Origin: a virus | Strand: one strand, 5' to 3' | IMG/VR virus record: IMGVR_UViG_3300032268_000293 | Span: 1-64,000 of that record | Length of the DNA stretch: 64,000 nucleotides | In this document: positions 8,693 to 18,622 of the stretch, piece by piece | How positions within the stretch are numbered: position 1 is the first letter of the stretch | Layout of the letters: each line of letters opens with the position of its first letter | The notes under the pieces: generated by a model | Databases searched by the model: none | Told to the model about the DNA's origin: nothing | What the model saw: only the letters and a program-made list of their open reading frames with translations | Made by a program: the position numbers and the translations under genes

Positions 8693-9440
8693 CTTTTTCC
8701 TTCGTCCAGGTAACTATTTCCCAACGACCATCGTAATGTTCAACAAGAGCAGTACAAGACTCAACCCAATCACCATCATTCATATAAATGATGCCATCTA
8801 TTTCTTTAATCTCTGCGTGGTGGATGTGCCCACAAACAACACCATCATATCCTCGTTTCTTGCAATACGCTGCAAGATTTTTCTCAAACTGAAACATAAA
8901 GTCAGACGCTTTCTTAACTCTATGTTTTAAATACTTAGATAATGACCAATAACCAAATCCTAGTTTACGACGAACCCAATTGAAGCGAGAGTTCCAATCA
9001 AGAACTAGGTCGTATAGTTTGTCGCCAAGAAACGCAAGCCATGGCGCAAGACGAGTAATCCCATCAAACAAATCACCATGTGTTACAAGATATCGTTTAC
9101 CATTAACACCCAAATGTTCTGTTTGATTTCGTATTTCAACTAAACCAAACGAAAACCCATAGGGAATCATGGGTCTTAGAAACTCGTCATGGTTTCCTGC
9201 TACGTAAATAACTTTGGTTCCTCTTTTTGCATGTCCAAGTATTCTACGAACAACATTAGTATGACTCTGTTTCCATCGCCATTTATTTTGCTGGATTTTC
9301 CAAGCATCAATTATGTCACCAATAAGATAGAGAGTTTCGCAAGTATTATGTTTTAGAAAATTATTAAGTTTATTTGCTTGACAATCACGAGTACCCAAAT
9401 GAACATCACTTATGAATATCGTTTTGTATGTTTTTTGCAT
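8673..9440 (-). CDS. PlcP-like (LpxH2-type) metallophosphoesterase
   Basis: SDVHLG, GDIID, GNHDEFLR, HGDLFD, WLAFLGD, YWSLS, CGHIH, NDGDWVESCTA. Confidence 0.8.
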   Translation of the reverse strand: MQKTYKTIFISDVHLGTRDCQANKLNNFLKHNTCETLYLIGDIIDAWKIQQNKWRWKQSHTNVVRRILGHAKRGTKVIYVAGNHDEFLRPMIPYGFSFGLVEIRNQTEHLGVNGKRYLVTHGDLFDGITRLAPWLAFLGDKLYDLVLDWNSRFNWVRRKLGFGYWSLSKYLKHRVKKASDFMFQFEKNLAAYCKKRGYDGVVCGHIHHAEIKEIDGIIYMNDGDWVESCTALVEHYDGRWEIVTWTKEKDDVVEG

Positions 9441-10208
9441 TTATTTGTTTTCTACATAATCTTCAAACTTTAATTTGGCCAAGATATAATCTTTGACTAG
9501 AGATGAACGAACGATATCATCTACTGTAAATTCGATTCGAGTAAATGCCTTCATGTGTTGGGCAATATCGAAGAATTTAAGAATACCACTGACATCGGTC
9601 TTTCTTTTATTTAGATCCGTTTGGCGGTAGTCACCACACCAGATAATTTTAGACATATGACCAACACGAGTCATAACTGTATCAATCTCATCATAGTTTA
9701 AGTTTTGCATCTCGTCAACGATGATGATTGCGTTATCAAACGACATACCACGAATGAATGATGTAGAGATAAACTGAATATGACCTTGTTCTTCTAGACG
9801 ATCCCATGCGTCTTTGCGATCAAATAACTGATGGCAAATTTGACGATATGGTTGTTCATAGATTTCCATTTTCTCACCAACATCTCCTGGAAGATGACCC
9901 ATCTCACGAGATTGAACTGCTGAACGAACAACAATAATCTTATTGAAAGGATTTGATTTATCTAACACTTCTTCAATTGCTTTATATAGAGCAATAAAAG
10001 TTTTACCTGTTCCAGCTACACCATGTAGTGCTACAAAGTAGTCACCACGTTTATATGCATCATAAAATAACTTTTGATTTTCAGTTAATGGCTGGAATGT
10101 TTTTAAATTATCTAATCTGAGTTTTAATTGATTAGAAGCAACTGGTTTTGTTTCGCGCTCGTCATGATGAATTTCTAATATTTTCTTTGCTGCTGAGGTA
10201 CGAGCCAT
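9441..10208 (-). CDS. phoH: PhoH-family ATPase
   Basis: GVAGTGKT, GHLPG, SFIRGMSFD, VDEMQN, GDYRQTD, DIVRS. Confidence 0.93.
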   Translation of the reverse strand: MARTSAAKKILEIHHDERETKPVASNQLKLRLDNLKTFQPLTENQKLFYDAYKRGDYFVALHGVAGTGKTFIALYKAIEEVLDKSNPFNKIIVVRSAVQSREMGHLPGDVGEKMEIYEQPYRQICHQLFDRKDAWDRLEEQGHIQFISTSFIRGMSFDNAIIIVDEMQNLNYDEIDTVMTRVGHMSKIIWCGDYRQTDLNKRKTDVSGILKFFDIAQHMKAFTRIEFTVDDIVRSSLVKDYILAKLKFEDYVENK

Positions 10209-10217
10209 TAGAATTCC

Positions 10218-10463
10218 TTATAGTTGTGAAGACGTTTTATTTAATTTGCTACCTGGAGATCTCTCATGTACTTTTTGTAATACCTCCTTAAATCCTGTAT
10301 CCATTTTGCGTACACCAACTCTTACTGGATCACAAATCATTGGCGATTGAATAACAGTTTCTAATTGAGGATTCTGTTCCCTAAACGAGTCTAGTTCAGA
10401 GATTTTCATCATCTTCTCAATTTGTTCACCTGTTTCTTTATTTCTAAAAATGTATGTAGGCAT
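10218..10463 (-). CDS. FmdB-like small protein
   Basis: MPTYIFRNKETGE N-terminus; usual position upstream of phoH in T4-like phages. Confidence 0.6.
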   Translation of the reverse strand: MPTYIFRNKETGEQIEKMMKISELDSFREQNPQLETVIQSPMICDPVRVGVRKMDTGFKEVLQKVHERSPGSKLNKTSSQL

Positions 10464-10468
10464 ATTTT

Positions 10469-11161
10469 TTATTTAGTGATATAAGTTCGGTTTAGCATTG
10501 TATGGTTGTGATCAGTTGGACCCCAATCTCCATCTGGATGAAAAGCCACAACAACCATACTTTCATTATCTGTTCTAAAACGATGCAACTCTCTTTCCTC
10601 GATACAGAACAATGTTCCTGGTGTCAAAAGAATTTCTTTTTCGTTGATCTTATCTTCTTTTAGACAAGCATATCCTTTACCAGAAATAACCATACCCAAA
10701 CGGACACTTGGATGGATGTGATATGATTGATTTACCTGCGGAGGAAAAAACAATGCATTTAAAGATGGATCACCTTGTCTCGGTGGATAAACAAGAAGAC
10801 TATCGCTACAACCATCAATGTAAACAAGACGACCAGAGTCCTCAAGTGGACCACCAACCATGTCCTGTCCCTTAAAACCAATTCTAGTAATGATTGCTAC
10901 TTTACCACTATATCTAATTTCTCGACATCCCAACGACCAGCAAGAAAAATACTGACCAGCAGTTGCGTTCATTCCATTGGGAAGTAAAACATCACCAGAG
11001 AACACATAACCATAGATGTTTGAATACTCATTTGTATAAGTAAATCCTTGATCATAATTCCCACTTATACACTCAGATGCGTCATACATCGCTGCTGTAG
11101 ATGGGTACATCGTATTAGTATAATCAAGCCAAACTTCATCTTGTTTAGAATAAATTTTCAT
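10469..11161 (-). CDS. Cupin-domain protein
   Basis: YHIHPSVRLGMVISGKG and ERELHRFRT cupin motifs. Confidence 0.7.
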   Translation of the reverse strand: MKIYSKQDEVWLDYTNTMYPSTAAMYDASECISGNYDQGFTYTNEYSNIYGYVFSGDVLLPNGMNATAGQYFSCWSLGCREIRYSGKVAIITRIGFKGQDMVGGPLEDSGRLVYIDGCSDSLLVYPPRQGDPSLNALFFPPQVNQSYHIHPSVRLGMVISGKGYACLKEDKINEKEILLTPGTLFCIEERELHRFRTDNESMVVVAFHPDGDWGPTDHNHTMLNRTYITK

Positions 11162-12342
11162 TTTTTTGCATACTCCGCAAAGGTATTGTTATTTGTAAAG
11201 AATTCATATCCAGGAAATGTTTCGTGGAACTGCATATTTGTGTCAATCGCATAAACTGATTTTTTTTGTATAACGATTTTCGCTAACGAACCCATCTTGA
11301 CTTTTTCTCTGTAGTATTCAGAGTCTTTGTTAAAGTTGTAGATGATTTCTTTGCATGGTTGTTTATAGGTGTTCCATGTGTTACCAATAAGTTTATCCGT
11401 GTTGTTCATTGCCCACAACTGAAAATCTGGTGAAGAGAAAAACATAAAGAAGTTATCTTCTAATCGTATTGTGTTTCTTCTAATACCCTCAACGAATGAT
11501 AGAATCCTTACGTAGACAGATTGCCATTTGAGTGTGAAATTTATCCACCAAAAGTATTGGTAAGGTGTTGTAATAGGAACAGGGGATTTATCAATAACTT
11601 CCTGTAGAATTCTAAAGATTCTATCGCCATCTCTTTCGAATCTACTCAGTTCAGTTTGTTTCGACTTTTCTAAATTAGAATACATCTTTCTTGTAATAAA
11701 GTCTCTAACAATATCATTATTGATTTCAGAAAACAGTTCTTCACTTCCTCGATCGACCATATAAATTCTAGAAACAGCAGAACCAAACAATTGATCATTA
11801 CCCTCTCCAGTTACAACAATGTAATTAGGATGACCAACATAAAATGGAAACTTGTAGCTTACATCAACATGCATGTATTTCTTGATGTAATTATTATAGA
11901 AATTTCTGTTTTCGCAAACACTTCCATCATTCATCAAGACAACGAAATTCTGTTTAAGTTCTCTTTGAGTGCATATCTTCATAAACGCTACAACAATCAG
12001 TGTGCTATCAATACCACCAGAATACATAATAACAATTTTTCTGTTAGATTTAATAGAGAGTTGTAGTAGTTCTTTTGCTCTTTCCTCGCAAATCTGCTCG
12101 AAAGATTTATCTATCTTGTTAAATTCTGGCATAGCAAGAAACGGCAACAGGTGCGTTCTTACAGGTGTTGTGATAATACCAGTTCTATCATGGAGTGTCA
12201 TATTTGCAGCAAAGACATTAAACATGTTAGAGAACAGTTTAATGCCATCAACCTTTTCTTCTAAGTCCCGAAGAACTGTAGAAGCTGATCTGTCGAATAG
12301 GTCTATGCTGTTGTAGAAAACGAGCTCATTAGATTTTTCCAT
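11158..12342 (-). CDS. Asparagine-synthetase-like PP-loop ATP pyrophosphatase (no glutaminase domain)
   Basis: MYSGGIDST PP-loop and VVTGEGNDQLFG. Confidence 0.7.
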   Translation of the reverse strand: MEKSNELVFYNSIDLFDRSASTVLRDLEEKVDGIKLFSNMFNVFAANMTLHDRTGIITTPVRTHLLPFLAMPEFNKIDKSFEQICEERAKELLQLSIKSNRKIVIMYSGGIDSTLIVVAFMKICTQRELKQNFVVLMNDGSVCENRNFYNNYIKKYMHVDVSYKFPFYVGHPNYIVVTGEGNDQLFGSAVSRIYMVDRGSEELFSEINNDIVRDFITRKMYSNLEKSKQTELSRFERDGDRIFRILQEVIDKSPVPITTPYQYFWWINFTLKWQSVYVRILSFVEGIRRNTIRLEDNFFMFFSSPDFQLWAMNNTDKLIGNTWNTYKQPCKEIIYNFNKDSEYYREKVKMGSLAKIVIQKKSVYAIDTNMQFHETFPGYEFFTNNNTFAEYAKK

Positions 12343-13141
12343 ACAGTCTGCACTCTTTATCAAAATCTTTCATGATAGAAGATATCTTTCTAATATCATA
12401 CTCGTCTTTAATCATTGTTGTGTATTTAATTCTGATATTCTCAGTGTCAGAAAGTTTATGGACATAAGATTTAAACTTGAAAAATATCTCTTGTGCTGCA
12501 TCTGCCAAACTTATGTTTTTAATCAGAGCATAGTCAGTTACAAAAGGATAGATGTGCCTGTTATCTTCAGTAAGTTTTTTCTTGTAAATTTCTTTCGCTT
12601 GTCTGAATTTCTCAAGATAGATCTCAGCTTGAAGTGGAAGGTCTTTATGATGGGGAAGTCTATACGTTGAGATAAACGCATGAATAGTATCAAGAGCAGC
12701 AGATTTTTCCTGCAGTAATTTGAAACGATAAATTCTGGAGATCGAAAGTTCTTCGAAAGTTTTGGCTACTTTATTATCAATTGTGTTGTATTGATACATC
12801 CAACTTTCGGATGTTAAAAACATTCGAGGAAACTGCGTCGCATGAGAAAGATTAAACCATGGTGTGGTGTTTAACATTTCTGTTAAAGCAATAATTGTTG
12901 ATGACCATGTTGACATGCATATAATTCTGCTTGTCTCTGCGTCCATCAAACCATGTAGATTATTCTTAGGATGATAATTGATTGCTAGGGAATGTGGGGT
13001 CAATGATTTATGCACAAGGAAAACTGAGAGTTCATCAATATTCTCATCATAATCGCTTGTTATTTTATCAAAGTTTAATTCTGACAAAACACCAATCATT
13101 TGTTCTCTTGGGTCTACATGATTTACGTCATCAAATTCCAT
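12329..13141 (-). CDS. Hypothetical protein; C-terminal half resembles tail-fibre assembly proteins
   Basis: QAEIYLEKFRQAK...YPFVTDYA...ISLADAAQEI; SD AGGAG. Confidence 0.45.
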   Translation of the reverse strand: MEFDDVNHVDPREQMIGVLSELNFDKITSDYDENIDELSVFLVHKSLTPHSLAINYHPKNNLHGLMDAETSRIICMSTWSSTIIALTEMLNTTPWFNLSHATQFPRMFLTSESWMYQYNTIDNKVAKTFEELSISRIYRFKLLQEKSAALDTIHAFISTYRLPHHKDLPLQAEIYLEKFRQAKEIYKKKLTEDNRHIYPFVTDYALIKNISLADAAQEIFFKFKSYVHKLSDTENIRIKYTTMIKDEYDIRKISSIMKDFDKECRLYGKI

Positions 13142-13149
13142 TTTTTCTC

Positions 13150-13701
13150 CTATGCTGAAACGAACCACTCAGGGATATTTCGCTTTGTCCATTTTGCAAA
13201 ATGCTTCTTCTTTTCTATATAGTATTTTTTATACGATGCGATTGAATCTCCTGGAATTTTACAGTCGTCAGGCATCGCAGGTGTTGGTTCAGTAAAAGAA
13301 CCACTTGAAATATTCTTGGGGAAATTATTCTTGAGTATCTGCATAAGACCACTCCTCTCAACACTATGAATCTTACCATAGCGATGTGTGTATTCTACGC
13401 AGGTACATTCTAGAAGTTCTGCGAGCCACATATAGTTTTGCGTATTCGCTCGGCACCAAATTGCAGATGGGTGATTGATGTGAGATGCTTTAAACAAAAT
13501 ATTCTCAAGTTCAAAATCATCAAGTTTCCATCGCTTGATATTTCTTCCGCTCTCTGTTTTACCAAGATACTCTTTTCCATCAAGAATACGGTGAGCAGTA
13601 GAAAGAAGTTGAGCATACTCAAGAATCATCTTAACGACATGTTTGTCAAGATGCATCTCAGAACAAATGCTTGGGGTTTTGTCAAGATAGAATATATTCA
13701 T
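13150..13701 (-). CDS. Pyrimidine-dimer DNA glycosylase (DenV-related)
   Basis: MNIFYLD, DKHVVKMILEYAQLLSTAH, HINHPSAIW, EYTHRYGKIH, PAMPD. Confidence 0.8.
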   Translation of the reverse strand: MNIFYLDKTPSICSEMHLDKHVVKMILEYAQLLSTAHRILDGKEYLGKTESGRNIKRWKLDDFELENILFKASHINHPSAIWCRANTQNYMWLAELLECTCVEYTHRYGKIHSVERSGLMQILKNNFPKNISSGSFTEPTPAMPDDCKIPGDSIASYKKYYIEKKKHFAKWTKRNIPEWFVSA

Positions 13702-14198
13702 CGTAATGCGTTAACAGCACGTAGTTGTAAAATGATATTGTCGAGTTTCATTAGTGTTTGACGGATAACTGCATCATTGTGTAAAATACCATGCCCACCA
13801 GCAAGAACAAACGGATCAATACAACCAACTGAATCATCAATTAAAATTGATTCTGGTGCTGCATAATTGGCTTTCTCTTGTTTGCTTCTTACAAAATTTG
13901 CTTTGTATGTGATATTATGTTTACGTAACCAAACAAGTTTTTGACGTTTCGCTTCTGCTCCCTGCGCAGGATCAAATGTTCCCATTGATGTAAGCATCTC
14001 AATTTTAATGCCTCTAAGATTCATCACATGAGATAACAGAATATTTGCATTTGGCATTGGATCTAGTTCCTCAAAGATCTTACCGTCCATAACAGCCGAG
14101 CGAAACTTTTTTCGATCCTCTTTGTTAGGATCATATTCTCTGTATGCTTTGTCAAAGTTGGCAACAACACCATCCATGTCAAGGTATAAGGTAATCAT
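13698..14198 (-). CDS. HAD-family 5'(3')-deoxyribonucleotidase
   Basis: LYLDMDGVVANF and ILIDD. Confidence 0.8.
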   Translation of the reverse strand: MITLYLDMDGVVANFDKAYREYDPNKEDRKKFRSAVMDGKIFEELDPMPNANILLSHVMNLRGIKIEMLTSMGTFDPAQGAEAKRQKLVWLRKHNITYKANFVRSKQEKANYAAPESILIDDSVGCIDPFVLAGGHGILHNDAVIRQTLMKLDNIILQLRAVNALR

Positions 14199-14572
14199 TT
14201 TACAAATTTCTCAAAATTAGGTGGCTCCCATCCATCAGGTTTTAGAATTTTCCCATCTTCCCGACGTCTTACTGCTCCAGTTACTAAATCAATCTTTGAA
14301 AGATTTGACTTAGCACCTTCGTCCCATGCTGCCTCGCAGTTCCAACCACGTGCATGCATGTAACCAACGATAACCCAAATCATATCAAAACATGCATCAA
14401 GTTCTTCGGCATCATCAGAAACTGCTTCTGCTTCCCAGAACTCCTCAAACTCTTCACGAATCAAACCTTTATAGAGCTGAGCAAGTTCGGATACTTCAGG
14501 ATCTGGTGTTCTTGGGTATTTCTGCCCACATGCATTCATAAAAACACCAACATCTGTAAATACTTTACTCAT
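14195..14572 (-). CDS. MazG-like / PRA-PH NTP pyrophosphohydrolase
   Basis: LIREEFEEF, LDACFDMIWV, SNLSK, RREDGKILKP. Confidence 0.82.
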   Translation of the reverse strand: MSKVFTDVGVFMNACGQKYPRTPDPEVSELAQLYKGLIREEFEEFWEAEAVSDDAEELDACFDMIWVIVGYMHARGWNCEAAWDEGAKSNLSKIDLVTGAVRRREDGKILKPDGWEPPNFEKFVK

Positions 14573-15078
14573 GATTTCATCCCACAGTTTTTGTCATAAC
14601 AAGTATAATTCTGCATTGTTTTTGTGTCAAGTTTACAAACTGGACAAATCGTTTTAGCCAAAGAAGTTACTTCTTCATTTATTGTAAGATTAATATGTTT
14701 GCCTTGTCCTGTCACACTATAATCAACTTTAGATTCAGAAGGATTGACGACAAATTTCTCAGGCATTTTTGTCAATTGGTCTGCTGTCCAGCTGAATGTC
14801 ATTGGTGAAGTAACATCAGGGTTAATCTGATAGTCAGAAATGTCAACGTTGACTGTATCTAGATTAATATGTGAAAAATCAATTTCTTGATCATCTTCAT
14901 ATGTCGTCTCATTATCATTATCATACACAAAATCAAGTTTACCATCGAAGCGATAACCACAACCACGAAGAAAATCTTCAAAGTAGTATACAACATCTTC
15001 TAATTGATCGACTTCAAATTCTACAGTAGTTTCTGGACTACCAAACCCATGTTGTTTTGATTTAAATGTGAATTTCAT
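14569..15078 (-). CDS. Hypothetical protein
   Basis: Coupled ORF; FEDFLRGCGY; C-terminal CPVC...C...C. Confidence 0.65.
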   Translation of the reverse strand: MKFTFKSKQHGFGSPETTVEFEVDQLEDVVYYFEDFLRGCGYRFDGKLDFVYDNDNETTYEDDQEIDFSHINLDTVNVDISDYQINPDVTSPMTFSWTADQLTKMPEKFVVNPSESKVDYSVTGQGKHINLTINEEVTSLAKTICPVCKLDTKTMQNYTCYDKNCGMKS

Positions 15079-15515
15079 AGTTCTGCTTTCTCACCTTCTT
15101 TTGTAAAAAATACATCAATTTTTTTCTCATCAGACCATGTTTTGCAGTAGTCGTTATCTTCATCGCAAATTTGAATCGCTTCTTCTTCAGTAACTACTCG
15201 ATGAGAAACAATAGTCTCACCAATATGTTCTTGAGAAAATTCTTTCGCTTCATTCATAGTCACAGTATCAAGAGCCCACTCTTTTTTACCAACAGGTACC
15301 TGAACCATGTAACGCATACGAAACTGCGAAACTGTGTCAACAAGAACCCATTCCATATCTTCCTTTAATTTCATAGTCCAGCTTCCATCTTTATTATCTA
15401 ACCACTCAATTATATCTCCTTCTTTCCATTTTGTCAAGTCAAGAATGTCTTGATTTAATGGAAGATAGAGTTCTCCATTTTCATCTTCTTCGATGTTTAT
15501 AATCCAAGATTTCAT
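15075..15515 (-). CDS. Hypothetical protein with AbrB-like N-terminus
   Basis: GELYLPL...WKEGDIIEW..NKDGSW. Confidence 0.55.
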   Translation of the reverse strand: MKSWIINIEEDENGELYLPLNQDILDLTKWKEGDIIEWLDNKDGSWTMKLKEDMEWVLVDTVSQFRMRYMVQVPVGKKEWALDTVTMNEAKEFSQEHIGETIVSHRVVTEEEAIQICDEDNDYCKTWSDEKKIDVFFTKEGEKAEL

Positions 15516-15724
15516 TGCATCGTTTCTTCTGGCCAAGGGTGATCACGCATCACTTCAAGGAACTCTTGGAATTTTTCTTGTGTTGAGTTTGTTCTAAACT
15601 CTTGGGCAATTACACCAAGAAATACACCAAAGACTTCCATCGGTGTAACATCACCCTCAGAAATAACCTCATCATATAAGGAACGAACCCTTTGGTAAAT
15701 TACTTCGAAATTTTTATCCATCAA
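15512..15724 (-). CDS. Hypothetical protein
   Basis: Overlap-coupled ORF in operon. Confidence 0.55.
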   Translation of the reverse strand: MMDKNFEVIYQRVRSLYDEVISEGDVTPMEVFGVFLGVIAQEFRTNSTQEKFQEFLEVMRDHPWPEETMQ

Positions 15725-16151
15725 TTTTCTCCACAGTTACATTACATTTTTTAAGAAATTCTATGCCTATTTCATCACGATAACTATTTCTATAATAAAC
15801 ATTTTTGATACCTGCGCCATATACTAATTTGGCACAGTGAATGCAGGGAGCATGAGTTAGGAACATAGTTGCGTCATTACCAGATTCGCCATCTCTAGCG
15901 AGTTTACTTATCGCATTGGCTTCTGCGTGAATAACTTCGTCTTTAGTTTTTGTAACAACCCCACCATCTTCGTGAACTTCGATAACTTCTTCGCAGGAAT
16001 TATCCCAACCTTCTGGCGTTCCGTTGTACCCGATAGAGATAACTCTATGGTTTTTGACCACGATTGCTCCAACTTGGAGACGCTTTGCGTGGCTGAGTTC
16101 GGCGAACCTCTCAGCCATGTCCAAATACGCATCAACCCACTTTCTCTGCAC
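15714..16151 (-). CDS. dCMP deaminase
   Basis: GYNGTP, HAEANAI, PCIHC. Confidence 0.92.
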   Translation of the reverse strand: MQRKWVDAYLDMAERFAELSHAKRLQVGAIVVKNHRVISIGYNGTPEGWDNSCEEVIEVHEDGGVVTKTKDEVIHAEANAISKLARDGESGNDATMFLTHAPCIHCAKLVYGAGIKNVYYRNSYRDEIGIEFLKKCNVTVEKIDG

Positions 16152-16602
16152 TTTTCACCTTCGATTTTTTTGATGGTTCTGCTACCACCACACCCTCTGG
16201 CAAAACATCAGGAAAGTTTTTCTTGACAAACTCTGCCGTAATTTTTGGATAGAGAGCATCTAGTTTCTGATCTTTTATCGCATTAATGATTTTAACTTCT
16301 GATGCATGTAAAGACTCAAGCAATTGAACATATAACTGTTCACGACGCAGACGTTTAACATCACTGAATTTTGTGAAAATGTAAAACTTCTTAGTCTCCA
16401 TTCGAAGATTCGCTGCAGTCATTCCTATTGGTTGGGGCGCAGGTTTAAATGGCGGTGATCCTTCGGGAAGAACGAATTTATACTCTGTGTCAAAAGCGCA
16501 TTTCAACACAGTCTTAAATGCGAAATCGTCTTTATAATTTGCTACTTTAGATGGATCTTTAACAATCTCATCAAAGACTTCGGTAATGTATTTTGTTGCC
16601 AT
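16132..16602 (-). CDS. T4-like hypothetical protein
   Basis: LPEGSPPFKP, RREQLYVQLLESLH; follows rnh. Confidence 0.7.
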   Translation of the reverse strand: MATKYITEVFDEIVKDPSKVANYKDDFAFKTVLKCAFDTEYKFVLPEGSPPFKPAPQPIGMTAANLRMETKKFYIFTKFSDVKRLRREQLYVQLLESLHASEVKIINAIKDQKLDALYPKITAEFVKKNFPDVLPEGVVVAEPSKKSKVKSAEKVG

Positions 16603-17474
16603 TAGAACTCCTCCACTTCGTCTAGTAATAGTTTACAGCGATGTTCAGTCAGATATTTAAAAACTGACATTTTATCGCCCTTTGGTTTAGTATTTAGAAA
16701 CACTTGGTGTACCTCTTTCTGAATCTCTTCAGGAATATGTTTGAAATCTACAAGAAGAGTATTTCGTCCCCAGTTACGACGCTCTTCATCAGTCTTACAC
16801 GCAATAAAACCATTGTCGAAAAATTCTTGTAGACGTTTTGCTGTAACAGACTTTTGTTTCGTTCCAGTTATAAATGTATCATCAGGAGAAAATATATTGG
16901 GAATACCATCACCTGAATCACCACGAACAACGTGTTCAATAATCTGACGAGTAATTTCAGAATGCTTGCTAGTTACTGCTTTCTTCTGAATCGGCGACCA
17001 TTGTTTCACGTTATCGAACACATGAAGTTGTTTGAAGTCTTTATCGCTGGAGATAATCATAACTTTATCGTTGTGACCAAACTCTTGTGTAAGAAATGTC
17101 AATGATGCGATAATGTCATCTGCCTCAGCACGATCCATGTGAATAACTTTCCAAGGAAAGTGTTCTTGAATCTCAAGACGAATATCGTTTAGAGTATCAA
17201 AGATTAAATTCCAATCAAGATCTGAGTTCTCTCTATGTTTTTTACGCCCAGCTTTGTAGTTTGGGAACACATCGCGACGCCAGTAACGACGACCATCACA
17301 ACAAATAACAACCTCACCATATTCTTTTCCGTATTTCTTTTTGTAGTACTTGATCGTTGATAGAGTTGAGTGGCGAATCAGATTCTTAATATCTGCTGGC
17401 GAACCCTTCTTCAGATCGCTTTGAAACGCAAGGATGTTACTCAATGCAACTTGACTATAATCTATTAGAATCAT
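16602..17474 (-). CDS. rnh: T4-type RNase H / 5'-3' exonuclease
   Basis: MILIDYSQ, YWRRDVFPNYKAGR, EADDII, SSDKDFKQL, GDSGDGIPN. Confidence 0.93.
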   Translation of the reverse strand: MILIDYSQVALSNILAFQSDLKKGSPADIKNLIRHSTLSTIKYYKKKYGKEYGEVVICCDGRRYWRRDVFPNYKAGRKKHRENSDLDWNLIFDTLNDIRLEIQEHFPWKVIHMDRAEADDIIASLTFLTQEFGHNDKVMIISSDKDFKQLHVFDNVKQWSPIQKKAVTSKHSEITRQIIEHVVRGDSGDGIPNIFSPDDTFITGTKQKSVTAKRLQEFFDNGFIACKTDEERRNWGRNTLLVDFKHIPEEIQKEVHQVFLNTKPKGDKMSVFKYLTEHRCKLLLDEVEEF

Positions 17475-18568
17475 TTAAATGCTCTCACTAAAATTGTTTC
17501 TTCGTTGATACGACCATTTGGTTGGGCTTCTTTCGTTTTGATATTACGAAACTCTGGAGTGAGACTGCGCTTCGGAGTTGACAACACTTTTGGTAGGAAC
17601 TCTTCAGGTTTTCTGAGAGTCTTCATACTAGAACCTTTAACAGTGTAGTTGATAATGGTTGTACCTTTAACACCAAGTCCATTACTATCAGCAGAACGAT
17701 AAACTGCTAGACGACGATACTTCGTGCTATAAACCCACAACTCATCAGCACCAATAATGTCGGCAGGATTAATACTCTTAAGTTTTAACTCTGCGAACTC
17801 TTTTAGGTATTTCATCTTAGCAACCTGAACTGAAGCAGGTTTTGCTTTACGAGCACGTGGTTTACGAATTGCTTTAGCAGCAACTTTCTGCTCTTCGCAT
17901 TGTTCAACTAATGACTCGAGAAGAGTAATAAAACGCTTGAGTTCTATTTTCTTAAAATTACTGTATCCCTCAACAAGTTGTTCATCTGTACCTTCGTACG
18001 CTTCTTGCATTTCAGCGATACGTGGTTTGATAAATGAAGCAATGTGTTTTACAATCTGTGCATTGTAGGATTTGATTGGTGTTTTAAATTTGAAATCTTT
18101 CGGGCAACCAGAAAGAACAAACTCATCAATCTCACCTTCAATCTCACCACCAACCTCACGTGCTTTCTCAAGAATACGATCTTGAATATTGACAACAACA
18201 GTTGGTGCTGCTACCTTTGCTTTTGGTTTATTGATTTTTTTTGTGGTGAGTTCTTTGATTTTGTTGTTTAGAAACAACTGTTCAGATTCTTGGAGTTTGC
18301 CACCAAGGTCAACTGAACGAATAAGAACACCGATAGTGTGAAAGTCAAAATCAGGCAACGAGTCAAGATGCTCTGCTAGTTGCGCATGCTTTTGCTTTTT
18401 GTAATGTTTGACGACCCATGATTTACGAGATTTCGAATCTGTGTTTTTGGCATGCCAATTCAACACAGCATTCAAATCGTAATCATCATCAGACAAGAAT
18501 GGTTCGTCGCTTTTGCCAGAAACTCGATCAATGAGTTTCTGACGCTTTTCTGCTTTATCACTAGACAT
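17471..18568 (-). CDS. Hypothetical protein, 365 aa
   Basis: Long ORF with its own promoter and SD AAGGAG; KTLRKPEE, NGRINEETIL. Confidence 0.75.
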   Translation of the reverse strand: MSSDKAEKRQKLIDRVSGKSDEPFLSDDDYDLNAVLNWHAKNTDSKSRKSWVVKHYKKQKHAQLAEHLDSLPDFDFHTIGVLIRSVDLGGKLQESEQLFLNNKIKELTTKKINKPKAKVAAPTVVVNIQDRILEKAREVGGEIEGEIDEFVLSGCPKDFKFKTPIKSYNAQIVKHIASFIKPRIAEMQEAYEGTDEQLVEGYSNFKKIELKRFITLLESLVEQCEEQKVAAKAIRKPRARKAKPASVQVAKMKYLKEFAELKLKSINPADIIGADELWVYSTKYRRLAVYRSADSNGLGVKGTTIINYTVKGSSMKTLRKPEEFLPKVLSTPKRSLTPEFRNIKTKEAQPNGRINEETILVRAFK

Positions 18569-18590
18569 AGAAGTCTCCTTTCAAGTATAT

Positions 18591-18619
18591 ATTATACCTG
18601 AAAACATAATAATTGTCAA
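18591..18619 (-). promoter_or_regulatory. Early sigma70-type promoter
   Basis: Perfect TTGACA-17-TATAAT. Confidence 0.85.
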
Positions 18620-18622
18620 GCA

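Noticed and set aside
8673-9440. LpxH (lipid A biosynthesis) call
   Set aside because: GNHD rather than GNRD, and linkage to phoH and a glycosyltransferase, fit the PlcP/LpxH2 group better
11158-12342. Lasso peptide or QueC (7-deazaguanine) pathway
   Set aside because: No precursor peptide, leader peptidase or RRE seen; no QueC zinc-binding cysteines and no folE/queD/queE nearby
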